From the NCBI RefSeq assembly GCF_016908315.1, contig NZ_JAFBDQ010000005.1, positions 1 through 64,000 on the forward strand: a DNA stretch of 64,000 nt, written 5' to 3'. The DNA comes from Halanaerobacter jeridensis. GTDB lineage: Bacteria > Bacillota > Halanaerobiia > Halobacteroidales > Halobacteroidaceae. Made by a program: the position numbers and the translations under genes. Positions within the stretch are counted from its first letter, which is position 1; every line of letters starts with the position of its first letter. The notes below the pieces were generated by a model, which was not told the origin of the DNA, ran no database searches, and saw nothing but the letters and a program-made list of their open reading frames with translations. Below are positions 39,234 through 48,502 of the stretch, piece by piece.

Positions 39234-40907
39234 GAAAAAACACTTTTATTGTCCTTAGTCCTTTGTTTATTAGTATCTTTTTCTGTGACTGCAGCAGCAG
39301 ACGACTTACAGCTGAAAATTTTCCACACAAATGATACTCATGCCCGAGTGGAAGCAGGCAAATATGCTGGTATGGGATTTGCCAAAATTTCTAGTCTAGT
39401 CAAAGAAGCTCGCAATGAATCCGATAATGTTTTCGTTATTGATGCGGGAGATGCTTTTCACGGTCAAATCATTGCTAATCTAGTCGAAGGAAAAAGTATT
39501 GCTCAAATTTATAATGCTATTGGCTATGATGTGATGACACCTGGTAATCATGATTTCAACTATGGTGTTAAACGATTAAAAGAATTAAATGAAATGACTG
39601 ATTTTCCAGTTATCGCTGCTAATATTACTAACAAAGATGACACTCAAGACTATCCCTTCCCTCCAGGAGAAATTAAAACAATTGATGGAGTTAAAATTGC
39701 CTTTATTGGTTTAGCTACTCCAGAAACTGCTTATAAAACTCATCCAAAAAATGTACAAGGTATTACTTTCCAAGATCCAATTCAATCAGCTCAAAAGATG
39801 GTAGATAGACTACAAAAACAAGAAAATCCCGATATTATTATTGCTGTCAGCCATTTAGGTTTAAGTGAAGGTAGTAAATATACTAGTGCTGATGTAGCTA
39901 AAAAAGTAGATGCCATTGATTTAATTGTTGATGGTCACAGCCATCATGAATTAAAAGAAGGACGAGTCATCAATGATACCCCAATTGTTATGGCAGGAGA
40001 ACATACTAAGAACTTAGGTGTTGTTAACTTAACTATTGAGAATAAAAAATTAGTTAATAGCGAAGCCAATCTAATTACTAAAAAAGAAGCTGCAGATGTT
40101 AAGCCTGATCCAGAAATTACAAAGCTAGTCCAAGAAATCAAACAAGAACAGGACAAAATCACTTCTGAAGTGATTGGTAAAACTGCCGTAGAACTAAATG
40201 GAGCCCGGGCAAATATTCGGACTGGTGAAACTAACTTAGGTAATTTAGTTGCCGATGCAATGTTAAGTGCAGCTGATGCTGACGTGGCACTTACTAACAG
40301 TGGAGGTATTAGAGATTCTATTGCTCAAGGTGAAATAACTAAAGGTGATATCATCCGCGTCTTACCACTTGGTAACTATGTAGTTGTTAAGAAAATGAAA
40401 GGTAAAACTCTAATGGAAGCAGTTGAACACGGTTTAACACAATATCCAGCTCACGAAGGATTATTCCCACAAGTTGGCAATATGTCTATTATCTTTAACC
40501 GTTCTAAGCCAGCGGGAGATAGAGGGATGTTTCTTCACGTAAATGGAGAGTTTGTTAAACCTAATAAATACTACCGCGTAGCTACCAATGACTTTATGGC
40601 TGCTGGTGGGGATGGATATGATATGCTTAAAGACACAGAAACAGTGCAAGAAGCAGACGGTTTAGCAGAAATAGTAATTGATTATATTAAAGACAAAGGT
40701 ACTATAGCCCCTACTCAAAATGGAAGAATTCTATCTGTAGCTAAAGATAATAACCACTATATTTACAAAGTTGAAGCAGGAGATACATTATCAGAAATTT
40801 CTAACTGGTTTGGTGTTGAAATGTCTAAGATCATTAAATTAAATAATATTGAAAATCCAAATTTAGTTTATCCAGATACTAAAATAAAATTACCTCCAGC
40901 ACAATAA
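39234..40907 (+). CDS. secreted bifunctional metallophosphatase/5'-nucleotidase with C-terminal LysM domain; 5' end frameshifted in an A-run
   Basis: Calcineurin-like NDTH...GNHDF motifs, 5'-nucleotidase C-terminal domain, LysM YKVEAGDTLSEISNWFGV. RBS ggaggtg plus TTG at 39234 would give the signal peptide MKKKTLLLSLVLCLLVSFSVTAAA if the A6 run (39238-39243) were A7. Confidence 0.75.
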   Translation, partial: EKTLLLSLVLCLLVSFSVTAAADDLQLKIFHTNDTHARVEAGKYAGMGFAKISSLVKEARNESDNVFVIDAGDAFHGQIIANLVEGKSIAQIYNAIGYDVMTPGNHDFNYGVKRLKELNEMTDFPVIAANITNKDDTQDYPFPPGEIKTIDGVKIAFIGLATPETAYKTHPKNVQGITFQDPIQSAQKMVDRLQKQENPDIIIAVSHLGLSEGSKYTSADVAKKVDAIDLIVDGHSHHELKEGRVINDTPIVMAGEHTKNLGVVNLTIENKKLVNSEANLITKKEAADVKPDPEITKLVQEIKQEQDKITSEVIGKTAVELNGARANIRTGETNLGNLVADAMLSAADADVALTNSGGIRDSIAQGEITKGDIIRVLPLGNYVVVKKMKGKTLMEAVEHGLTQYPAHEGLFPQVGNMSIIFNRSKPAGDRGMFLHVNGEFVKPNKYYRVATNDFMAAGGDGYDMLKDTETVQEADGLAEIVIDYIKDKGTIAPTQNGRILSVAKDNNHYIYKVEAGDTLSEISNWFGVEMSKIIKLNNIENPNLVYPDTKIKLPPAQ

Positions 40908-40918
40908 ATACTAATCTC

Positions 40919-40950
40919 GGGATAAGTCTTTACGGCTTATCCCTTTTTTT
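40919..40950. terminator. bidirectional Rho-independent terminator
   Basis: gggataagtctttacggcttatccc followed by T7. Confidence 0.75.
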
Positions 40951-41989
40951 AACAAAGACGCGGTAATAATTGCTTTTGCAATGGCCTTAAAATTCTCGTC
41001 CCTCCTAAATTAGTTGTCAAGCAGACTCTTGATTTATCTCCTGTAACTTCTCCAATTACTGCAGTGCCTGTTCCTATAGGGCTATCTTTCATAGCATTAA
41101 CTACTGCTTCCGCTTCTTCTGCAGCAGCAACACATAACACCCGCCCTTCACTTGCTAAATAAAGTGGATCGATTCCTAAGATTCCTCCTAAGCCTTGGAC
41201 CTCTTTTTTTATCGGTAGTATTTCTTCTTCTAAATTAATCGTAACCTGCTTTTGCTGAGCTATTTCATGTAGTGCAGTAGCTAATCCACCTCGTGTTGGA
41301 TCAGTTAAAAATTTAATTCCACCACTAGAGCTTAAAATTTGAGCAGTTAAATTATTTAATAAAGCACAGTCACTCGTTAATGCACTACTCACTTCAAATT
41401 CTTCTCGGCTAGCTAAAATAGCTGCTCCATGATCACCTATAGAACCACTAATTATTATTTTATCCCCTGTTTCTATTTTAGCATCTTGTAAATTGATATC
41501 CGGGCCAACTACTCCTAATCCAGTAGTATTAATATAAATCCCTCCTCCTTTACCCTGCGGCACTACCTTAGTATCTCCTGCTGCTATCTTAACCCCTGCC
41601 TTCCGTGCAGTTTCAGCTACTGACTTAATAATACGTTTTAATTTATCTATCTCCAACCCTTCTTCCAAAATCAATCCCAAAGTTAAATATAACGGGTGCG
41701 CTCCATTCACAGCCAAATCATTAACAGTACCGCAGACAGCTAATTTACCAATATCCCCCCCAGGAAAAAAGATGGGATCAACGACAAAAGAATCTGTAGT
41801 AGTTACTAATTCCCCTTCTACTTCAGGCAAATAAGCAGCATCATCCTGCTGCAATAAGATATCATTACCGCAATAATAATAAATAATATCTTTAATTAAC
41901 TCCTGCATTAACTCCCCACCATTACCGTGGGCCAAAGTTATCGTTTTCACTTTGCTCACTCCTTTCCTAAATTCTATATAAATCTTCAC
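40949..41989 (-). CDS. hypE: hydrogenase maturation factor HypE
   Basis: AIR-synthase-related fold. N-terminal TITLAHGNGGE. C-terminal RILRPLQKQLLPRLC-type tail. Confidence 0.8.
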   Translation of the reverse strand: MKIYIEFRKGVSKVKTITLAHGNGGELMQELIKDIIYYYCGNDILLQQDDAAYLPEVEGELVTTTDSFVVDPIFFPGGDIGKLAVCGTVNDLAVNGAHPLYLTLGLILEEGLEIDKLKRIIKSVAETARKAGVKIAAGDTKVVPQGKGGGIYINTTGLGVVGPDINLQDAKIETGDKIIISGSIGDHGAAILASREEFEVSSALTSDCALLNNLTAQILSSSGGIKFLTDPTRGGLATALHEIAQQKQVTINLEEEILPIKKEVQGLGGILGIDPLYLASEGRVLCVAAAEEAEAVVNAMKDSPIGTGTAVIGEVTGDKSRVCLTTNLGGTRILRPLQKQLLPRLC

Positions 41990-42185
41990 TTTTTAGTGAA
42001 GATTTATAGTAATTAGTAACAAGTAAAGAGTGATGAGTAGAAAATCAAAAACAAAGTCAAAACCAAGTTCAAAAACTATAATCTTAGTGGTTGTGTCTTT
42101 TTTAAGATTTTGATTTTATGGTTTTGACTCATTACTGATTACTCTTTACTATAAAGTTTCATTTTCACTGAAACTTTATATAGGT
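41985..42185. repeat. hairpin-bounded AT-rich repeat element in the hypD-hypE intergenic region
   Basis: Hairpins tcttcacttttt agtgaaga (about 41985-42008) and aaagtttcattttcactgaaacttt (about 42155-42183) flank a sequence sharing CTCATTACT/TTGACTTT/CTCTTTACT motifs with 25960-26400. Confidence 0.5.
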
Positions 42186-43263
42186 ACGCCGCGCAACTCC
42201 CCTCCTGCGAGACCATACATGGGCCCAGAGGATGTGATGGAGTACATTTTGTCCCAAATAACTCACAATCAGTTGGCTTTTTTATTCCCATCAACACCTC
42301 TCCACAACTACACCCCGACTGTTTTGCTACTTTACCAGTTGCAGAAGCAAAATCAAATTTATTCTCAGCAGCAAATTCTTGATATTCCGGCCTTAATTCT
42401 AACCCTGAATTAGTTATCTTTCCCAAACCACGCCACCGACTTACAGTAGAGGTGAAAACTTGCTCCATAATCTTTAAAGCCTTTGGATTTCCTTTCTGTT
42501 CGACAACTCTAGGATAGGCATTGACTACTTTAGCTTCCTGTCTTACAATCATCTCCATAATTTGCTCTAAAGCAAAGAGAATATCACCTACTTCAAAACC
42601 AGCTACAACAGCAGGTAAATCATATTCTTTAGCCAAAAACTGAAAAGGTTCTACTCCAATGATACTAGCTACATGCCCCGGACACAAAAAGCCATCTATA
42701 TCTAAGTACTGATTTAAAACTAACTCTTCCATCACCGGCGGCATTGTTTTGAGAGCTTGTAACAAAGAATAGTTAGTCAGATTCTTTTTTTGCGCGTCTA
42801 AAATACTTAACGCAATCACAGGCGCAGTAGTTTCAAAACCAACAGCTAAAAATACAACTTCTTGTTCAGGATTATTTTCAGCAATCTTGACAGCATCTAG
42901 CGGTGAATATACTGTTTTAACATTTGGCCCCTGGGCTTGTTCTAATTCCAAAGTACTGTTACTACCCGGCACTTTTAAAAAATCAGCAAAAGTTGCTACC
43001 ATTACTCCTTCTTGCTGAGCCAAACTAATAGCAGTATCTATATAACTAAACGGCGTTACACAAATTGGGCAGCCTGGACCTGTCAATAATTCTACATTAG
43101 ACGGCAGTAGTTCCCGCAGCCCAATCTTCGAGATAGCCTGCGTATGAGTACCGCAAACTTCCATTATTTTAATCTTTCCTTTAACTACTGTGAATTCTTG
43201 CTGCAATTTTTCTAAGAGTTTACTGTTTATCTTTGCAGCCCTAAATTGTTCTAAGTAATTCAT
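42139..43263 (-). CDS. hypD: hydrogenase maturation factor HypD
   Basis: 374 aa with CGxH, GPGCPVC and CPVC motifs characteristic of HypD. Confidence 0.85.
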   Translation of the reverse strand: MNYLEQFRAAKINSKLLEKLQQEFTVVKGKIKIMEVCGTHTQAISKIGLRELLPSNVELLTGPGCPICVTPFSYIDTAISLAQQEGVMVATFADFLKVPGSNSTLELEQAQGPNVKTVYSPLDAVKIAENNPEQEVVFLAVGFETTAPVIALSILDAQKKNLTNYSLLQALKTMPPVMEELVLNQYLDIDGFLCPGHVASIIGVEPFQFLAKEYDLPAVVAGFEVGDILFALEQIMEMIVRQEAKVVNAYPRVVEQKGNPKALKIMEQVFTSTVSRWRGLGKITNSGLELRPEYQEFAAENKFDFASATGKVAKQSGCSCGEVLMGIKKPTDCELFGTKCTPSHPLGPCMVSQEGSCAAYLYKVSVKMKLYSKE

Positions 43264-43493
43264 CTTTCTTCCCCCGCATCTTGGGCCAAATCTCTAAAAG
43301 CAGCTAAAGTTTCCTGGGCTGCAGATTGATTTAACTTTTGAATCGCACATCCCGAATGAAGCAGCACATAGTCTCCTACCTCTACTTCCGAAATCAAAGT
43401 AATATTGACTGTCTTTCTAACTCCTTTTACTGCTCCTACAGCCTCTGTATCATTAACAATTTCTATAACTTTAACCGGCACAGCAATACACAT
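43260..43493 (-). CDS. hypC: hydrogenase maturation factor HypC
   Basis: 77 aa starting with MC (MCIAVPVKV...), the HypC/HupF hallmark. Confidence 0.8.
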   Translation of the reverse strand: MCIAVPVKVIEIVNDTEAVGAVKGVRKTVNITLISEVEVGDYVLLHSGCAIQKLNQSAAQETLAAFRDLAQDAGEER

Positions 43494-44233
43494 TACAAAT
43501 GACCCCTCTCTTGATAATTAGCTACTGCTAATTGTCCTACTGCTAAGCCCTCATCAGTACAAGGAATCTTATGAGGTAGATGAACTTTAAATCCCCCAGC
43601 TGTTAACTTGCGATAAACCTCAATCAATAAGATCTGATTCTGCCATACCCCTCCACTTAATACTACATGATCTAATTTGAATTGTAGTCGCAATATCTCA
43701 CATAACCTAACACTAAAATTAATCACTGTATTATGAAATTTACGAGCAATCATACCTGCATCTACTCCCGCTCTTAAATCAGCAGCAATTTCTTTTATCA
43801 AAGTGGTAATCAAAATCTGATACTGACCTGCTCTCTTGCTGATTTGATAATTATAACTATCATTATTATTAACAGTTTGAGCTGCAGTTTCTAACTTAAG
43901 AGCAGCCTGCCCTTGATAACTCCTTTTTAAACACAATCCTAATAGAGCTGCTACTGCCGCAAATAATCGTCCAAGACTAGAAGTAAGAGGACAATTAATA
44001 TCTTGTTCTAACATTTGCTCTACTGCAGCTAATTTATCAGGCTTTATTTGAGACATATTTTGAGTAAAGATTTCAGTTACTTCTATTCCCGCCTGGTGGA
44101 GATAACTAACTGCCATCCGCCATGGTTCCTTAACTGCTTGATCTCCGCCGGGTTGAGCTACATACTGCAAATGACCTACACGCATAAAATCACTATAATC
44201 ACAAATAAAAAACTCCCCCCCACAAGTGACCAT
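43493..44233 (-). pseudogene. hypF: hypF fragment (Kae1-like C-terminal domain)
   Basis: Overlaps the preceding hypF fragment in another frame. The frameshift lies in an aaaaaactcccccc homopolymer region at about 44205-44225. Confidence 0.7.
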
Positions 44234-44818
44234 CAGTTCCTAAACCTACTCCATCAAAAGCAATTCCAATCACCGGTTGTTGGAGTTGATGTTCAACCAT
44301 AGAACTGACTAAATGGGCATGATGATGCTGCACTGCTATCTTCTCACCTGGTAATTGCTGAGCATAATGAGTAGAATAATAACCCTCATGTAAATCATGA
44401 ACAATTAACTCCGGTTCTATATCATACAACTGCTCTAAATGTTCAATATTATCTTGATAACGTTGGTAAGTCTCTAAGTTACTTAGACTGCCTGTGTACT
44501 GACTTACAAAAGCAAATTCTCCTTTGCTGAGACAGAATGTATTCTTTAAATCTCCTCCACAGGCCAAAGTAGCTACCTCTGAGCTTACTTTAATCACTTG
44601 TGGTGCAAAACCACGGCCGTGTCTAATTACTCGTTCATGACCAAGGGCTACATTGGTTACTGCATCATCTACCGGCACCTCTATCTTGCGATTATGTAAT
44701 AAACAGTAGTCAGCTACTGCAGTTAATTCTTCTCCTGCTCTTTGATTAGTATATTCTAACGGTAGTCCACTTAAATTTCCACTTGTCGCTACTAATACAT
44801 CAAGTCCATGGGCCAATG
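44199..44818 (-). pseudogene. hypF: hypF fragment (YrdC-end/Kae1-like middle portion)
   Basis: ...LAHGLDVLVATSGNLSGLPLEY... The annotated N-terminus MKKPERACPSGRS is read-through from the IS right end, not hypF. Confidence 0.7.
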
Positions 44819-44820
44819 AC

Positions 44821-45050
44821 CTACCTGAAGGGCAAGCCCGTTCAGGTTTCTTCATTCATTGAAACGAGCCTAATCTGAACCTACCGTAAATGGCAAGACA
44901 AATCAGGTCTTACAGTTTCTAGACCAGCCAAAAGACTGGTTGAGGCAACTTACAACGCCTCCAGAAGCTTGATTTCCCGTCAGCCCGACGGTAAATATGT
45001 TTTTTATGAGCTTCACGAAAAGTCCGTTAGGACTTGTAGGATGTGGACTA
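44821..45050 (-). ncRNA. putative TnpB-associated omega-RNA / right-end element
   Basis: Highly conserved approximately 185-bp structured sequence immediately 3' of tnpB. It is duplicated (about 95% identity) in the tnp-less copy at 29742-29925. Confidence 0.45.
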
Positions 45051-46181
45051 ACCTGCTAACAGTTTCTTTCCTTCTTGGAGGATATTCAAACTTGCGTTAA
45101 GGTCACGATCATGTTCAGCACCACATTCACAGGTCCAGTTTCTTACAGATAGATCTTTAACATTTGGATTTTTAGTTCCACATTCGTTGCAAGTTTGAGA
45201 ACTTGCGAAAAATCTATCTACCTTTTGAATGATACAATTATACCAGTCACCTTTATATTCTAGCATATCTGTAAATTTGCCCCAAGATACATCTGTTATA
45301 TGTTTGCCAAGTTTGCTGTTTTTGACCATACCTTCAATGTTTAAGTTTTCAAGACAGATAAATTGATTTTCTTTAACTAGTCTTGTACTTAATTTATGGA
45401 GGAAATCAGTTCGTACATTTTTGATCTTTTCATGTACTTTAGCAATCTTATGTTTGAGCTTTTGCCAGTTATTAGAACCTTCTTTTTTACGAGCTAATTG
45501 TTTTTGTAATCTGGCTAGTTTATTTTCATATTTAGAAAGATGTTTAGGATTTTCTATCTTTTCGCCCTCTGATGTAATAGCAAAATCTTTGAGACCTAGA
45601 TCAATTCCTATCTGACCATCATTGGAATAATTAACTTCTACAACTTTAATTTTTTCAACATTGATAGAGATATAATACTTTCCTGTTCTTGATTTAGAGA
45701 CTGTAACATTATTTAATTTACCTCCAATATTTTCTTCACTATAATTAGAAAATTTGATCCAAGAAACTTTAGGAAGTTTGATTTTATTTCCTTTGATTTC
45801 TATACTTTCAGTTCCGCTAGATCGTTTAAAATATTCGGTACGATATGATAGTCGAGAACCTTTCTTGCTTTTGAAATTAGGGAATCCTTTATCACCGTTA
45901 AAGAAATCTTGGAAAGCTTTATCTAGATCTCTAATTGATTGCTGCAAAGCTATAGAATCAGCATTTTTAAGCCATGAAGTTTCTTCCTGATTTTTAAGTT
46001 TAGGAAGATCTTTAATATATTGAGTTTTATTTGCATAGCCATTTTGTTTAGCTTTGTCTAAAAAATAATTATATACCCATCGGCTAGACCCTATAGTTTG
46101 GTTGATTATATCTTTTTGCTTTTGATTTGGATATATCCGACATTTATATCCCCGTTCGATAGGAACAAATCGCTTAATCAT
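45048..46181 (-). CDS. tnpB: IS605-family TnpB (RuvC-like nuclease with zinc finger)
   Basis: 377 aa. C-terminal CNECGTKNPNVKDLSVRNWTCECGAEHDRDLNASLNI zinc-ribbon. RuvC-like motifs. Confidence 0.9.
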   Translation of the reverse strand: MIKRFVPIERGYKCRIYPNQKQKDIINQTIGSSRWVYNYFLDKAKQNGYANKTQYIKDLPKLKNQEETSWLKNADSIALQQSIRDLDKAFQDFFNGDKGFPNFKSKKGSRLSYRTEYFKRSSGTESIEIKGNKIKLPKVSWIKFSNYSEENIGGKLNNVTVSKSRTGKYYISINVEKIKVVEVNYSNDGQIGIDLGLKDFAITSEGEKIENPKHLSKYENKLARLQKQLARKKEGSNNWQKLKHKIAKVHEKIKNVRTDFLHKLSTRLVKENQFICLENLNIEGMVKNSKLGKHITDVSWGKFTDMLEYKGDWYNCIIQKVDRFFASSQTCNECGTKNPNVKDLSVRNWTCECGAEHDRDLNASLNILQEGKKLLAG

Positions 46182-46197
46182 AATTTGACCTCATTCC

Positions 46198-46602
46198 CTA
46201 TTTAAGGTTTTGATTTTTTATATAATTTCTAATAGTTTCAATATTAGCATTACCTACTGTATCTACAAAATATCCTTTGCTCCACAAAGAACCACAACGA
46301 TCATAAAAAATCTTTAATTTAGGATGTTCCTTGAAAAGTTTAATTGCTGATATGCTTTTAATAGTTCTTACTATATCAGTAGGAGCAACTGTGGGTCTAG
46401 CAGATACAAAAATATGAATGTGATCTGGCATTACTTCTAACTCTAATATTTTATAGTTATATCTGTTACAAATATTAATGATAATATCTTTTAAAGATAA
46501 AGCTATATCGCCATTTAAAACTTCAAATCTGAATTTAGGACACCAAACTAAATGATATTTGATGGAATATTTACAATGGTTAGTAGAATTATATTCATTC
46601 AT
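46198..46602 (-). CDS. tnpA: IS200-family TnpA (Y1 HuH transposase)
   Basis: 134 aa. HuH motif MPDHIHIFVSA. Catalytic Tyr region SKGYFV. Confidence 0.85.
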   Translation of the reverse strand: MNEYNSTNHCKYSIKYHLVWCPKFRFEVLNGDIALSLKDIIINICNRYNYKILELEVMPDHIHIFVSARPTVAPTDIVRTIKSISAIKLFKEHPKLKIFYDRCGSLWSKGYFVDTVGNANIETIRNYIKNQNLK

Positions 46603-46801
46603 TTAAATCATACTTTTCTTTGATACTTCTACGCATTAAATCTAAATAGCTTAGTGTAGTCTCTTCTTCAACTGAATAAATACTAGCTAAATTTTCTAAT
46701 TCCCGATCAAAAGGAATTGCAATATTAATTTTAGTATTATCTTTACTTGAAGACATTTTATTTGCTCCTTTAACACATATTATCCCACAATAGATTATAT
46801 A

Positions 46802-47434
46802 TTATGTGAATAGTTGTGTTCTTGACCCAAGGGCAAGCCCGTTGGGTTTTTTACACAAAAACAATAACTGTGGCCCACAATCAGGGCAGGCATTTGGCTG
46901 AGCATGAAAGCGCCTGCTAGTCGGATCTTGATATTCACTAAGGCAATCTTCACACATACTAAAATCAGACATAGTAGTTGACTCCCTGTCATATGGTATA
47001 CTCTCAATAATTGAAAAGCGTGGGCCGCAGTTCGTGCAATTAATAAACGGATATCTATATCTTCTATCATCTCCATCTAATAATTCCTCTTGGCATTGTG
47101 AACATAAAGCTGCATCTGGAGTCACAAAGGTTAACTGTTCATTATCATCTGTACTATCTTTGATTTTAAAATGTTGATAATTCGTAGATTGCAGCTGGTT
47201 GATTATTATCTCTTCTATTTGGGCCAAGGTTGGCGGATTAGATTTAATTTGATTAATCAAATTAGTTACTCCCCGCAGCGAGCCCTGCACATCAATTTCT
47301 ACCCCCTGCTGAGTATTATTAACTTCTCCTTGTACATCATAATGCTGAGCTAAATTATAAACAAAGGGTCTAAAGCCAACTCCTTGTACTATGCCCTTTA
47401 CTATCACAAACTTACGAATTACTTGCTCATTCAT
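46802..47434 (-). pseudogene. hypF: hypF N-terminal fragment (acylphosphatase plus two zinc fingers)
   Basis: KFVIVKGIVQGVGFRPFVYNLA (acylphosphatase), CSQC...CTNCGP and CEDC...CPDCGP zinc fingers. Runs into the IS left end. About 130 aa of the YrdC-like domain is missing between this and the next fragment. Confidence 0.75.
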
Positions 47435-48080
47435 TTTGCTTAATCCTTTCTTTTAAATAACTGCAAAATTCTTTTAATCCCTGCTGATTACTACAAGAAA
47501 CAGGAAACACTCTTAACTCCGGCTGCAGAGATCTCAAATCAGATTCAACTTCGGAAAGAGAAAAATTGCTCTGCTCTAATAAATCCAACTTGTTGATGAC
47601 TACTGCATCAGATTGCTGGAATAAAGCAGGATACTTAAGCGGTTTATCATTACCTTCTGGAACGCTAAGTACAGTAATTGTCATTGCCGTACCTAGAGCA
47701 AATGAAGCAGGGCAGACTAAGTTACCTACGTTTTCAATAATTAAACAATCTAACTGCTATAAATCCAATTTTTTTAATACCTGTTGAATTGATAATGCTT
47801 CTAAATGACACGCCCCCTGCGTATTAATTTGAATTACTTGACTACCATAACCCTCTAGTCGCTCGGCATCTCTTCTCGTATATAAATCCCCTTCAATTAC
47901 TGCTAGATTAATCTCTTGACCTAATTCACTTAATAAATATTCTAATAAAGTCGTCTTACCACAGCCAGGAGAACCAACTATATCAAAAGCAAAAACATCT
48001 GCTTGCTCTAAAATGCTTTTATTTTCTTGTGCCCTTTGCTCATTTTTAGCTAATAAATTTTTCTCTACTTCTACTTTCAT
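47427..48080 (-). pseudogene. hypB: hydrogenase nickel-incorporation GTPase HypB with in-frame TAG
   Basis: G1 motif VGSPGCGKTT. ...[43 protein letters not shown]... is continuous in a single frame. TAG at + strand 47757-47759. Confidence 0.7.
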
Positions 48081-48433
48081 GCTGATTCCCCCTCAATGGT
48101 ACTTAAATATAATTCATCCCCCGATAACAATTGTTGACAAAAACTATTACAATTAGGGCAATATTTATTTCGCTTCTTCACTTTAAACTGAGTCCCACAA
48201 TTTTTACACTTAGCTTGAGCCGTGACCCACTCTATCTTCAATTCAGCCTCCTCCATTCCAGTACTAGCAGCAAAAGCAGAAAAGGCAAATCTTAATGCAC
48301 TTTCTTCTATACAAGTTAGTTGGCCTATTTTTAATTCTACACTATTAATTTTTTCTAACTGCTGCTCAACTTTAGTCGCAGTTATAATTTCAAATACCCG
48401 AGCCATAATTGACATTTCATGCATCTTAATCAC
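48077..48433 (-). CDS. hypA: hydrogenase maturation factor HypA
   Basis: MHEMS start, CKNCG...CPNC zinc site. Confidence 0.8.
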   Translation of the reverse strand: MIKMHEMSIMARVFEIITATKVEQQLEKINSVELKIGQLTCIEESALRFAFSAFAASTGMEEAELKIEWVTAQAKCKNCGTQFKVKKRNKYCPNCNSFCQQLLSGDELYLSTIEGESA

Positions 48434-48502
48434 CCTTTATTTCCTATTAACATTTCAAACAATAATTTTTTCTATTCTCCATTATTAATTTTCAATTATC
48501 AA

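Larger units (their letters stand above)
44819..46865 (-). mobile_element. IS200/IS605-family insertion sequence (tnpA plus tnpB) inserted in hypF
   Basis: LE subterminal hairpin cccaagggcaagcccgttggg at 46822-46845. RE hairpin cctgaagggcaagcccgttcagg at about 44833-44856. Both internal genes are present. Confidence 0.8.

Noticed and set aside
44819-44855. N-terminus MKKPERACPSGRS of the 218-aa hypF fragment as genuine protein sequence
   Set aside because: These codons lie inside the IS200/IS605 right-end hairpin, which is repeated at 29742, so they are read-through of the element rather than hypF.
46795-47076. 93-aa ORF overlapping the hypF N-terminal fragment in another frame
   Set aside because: It is fully embedded in hypF coding sequence, which has strong acylphosphatase and zinc-finger motifs in the other frame.
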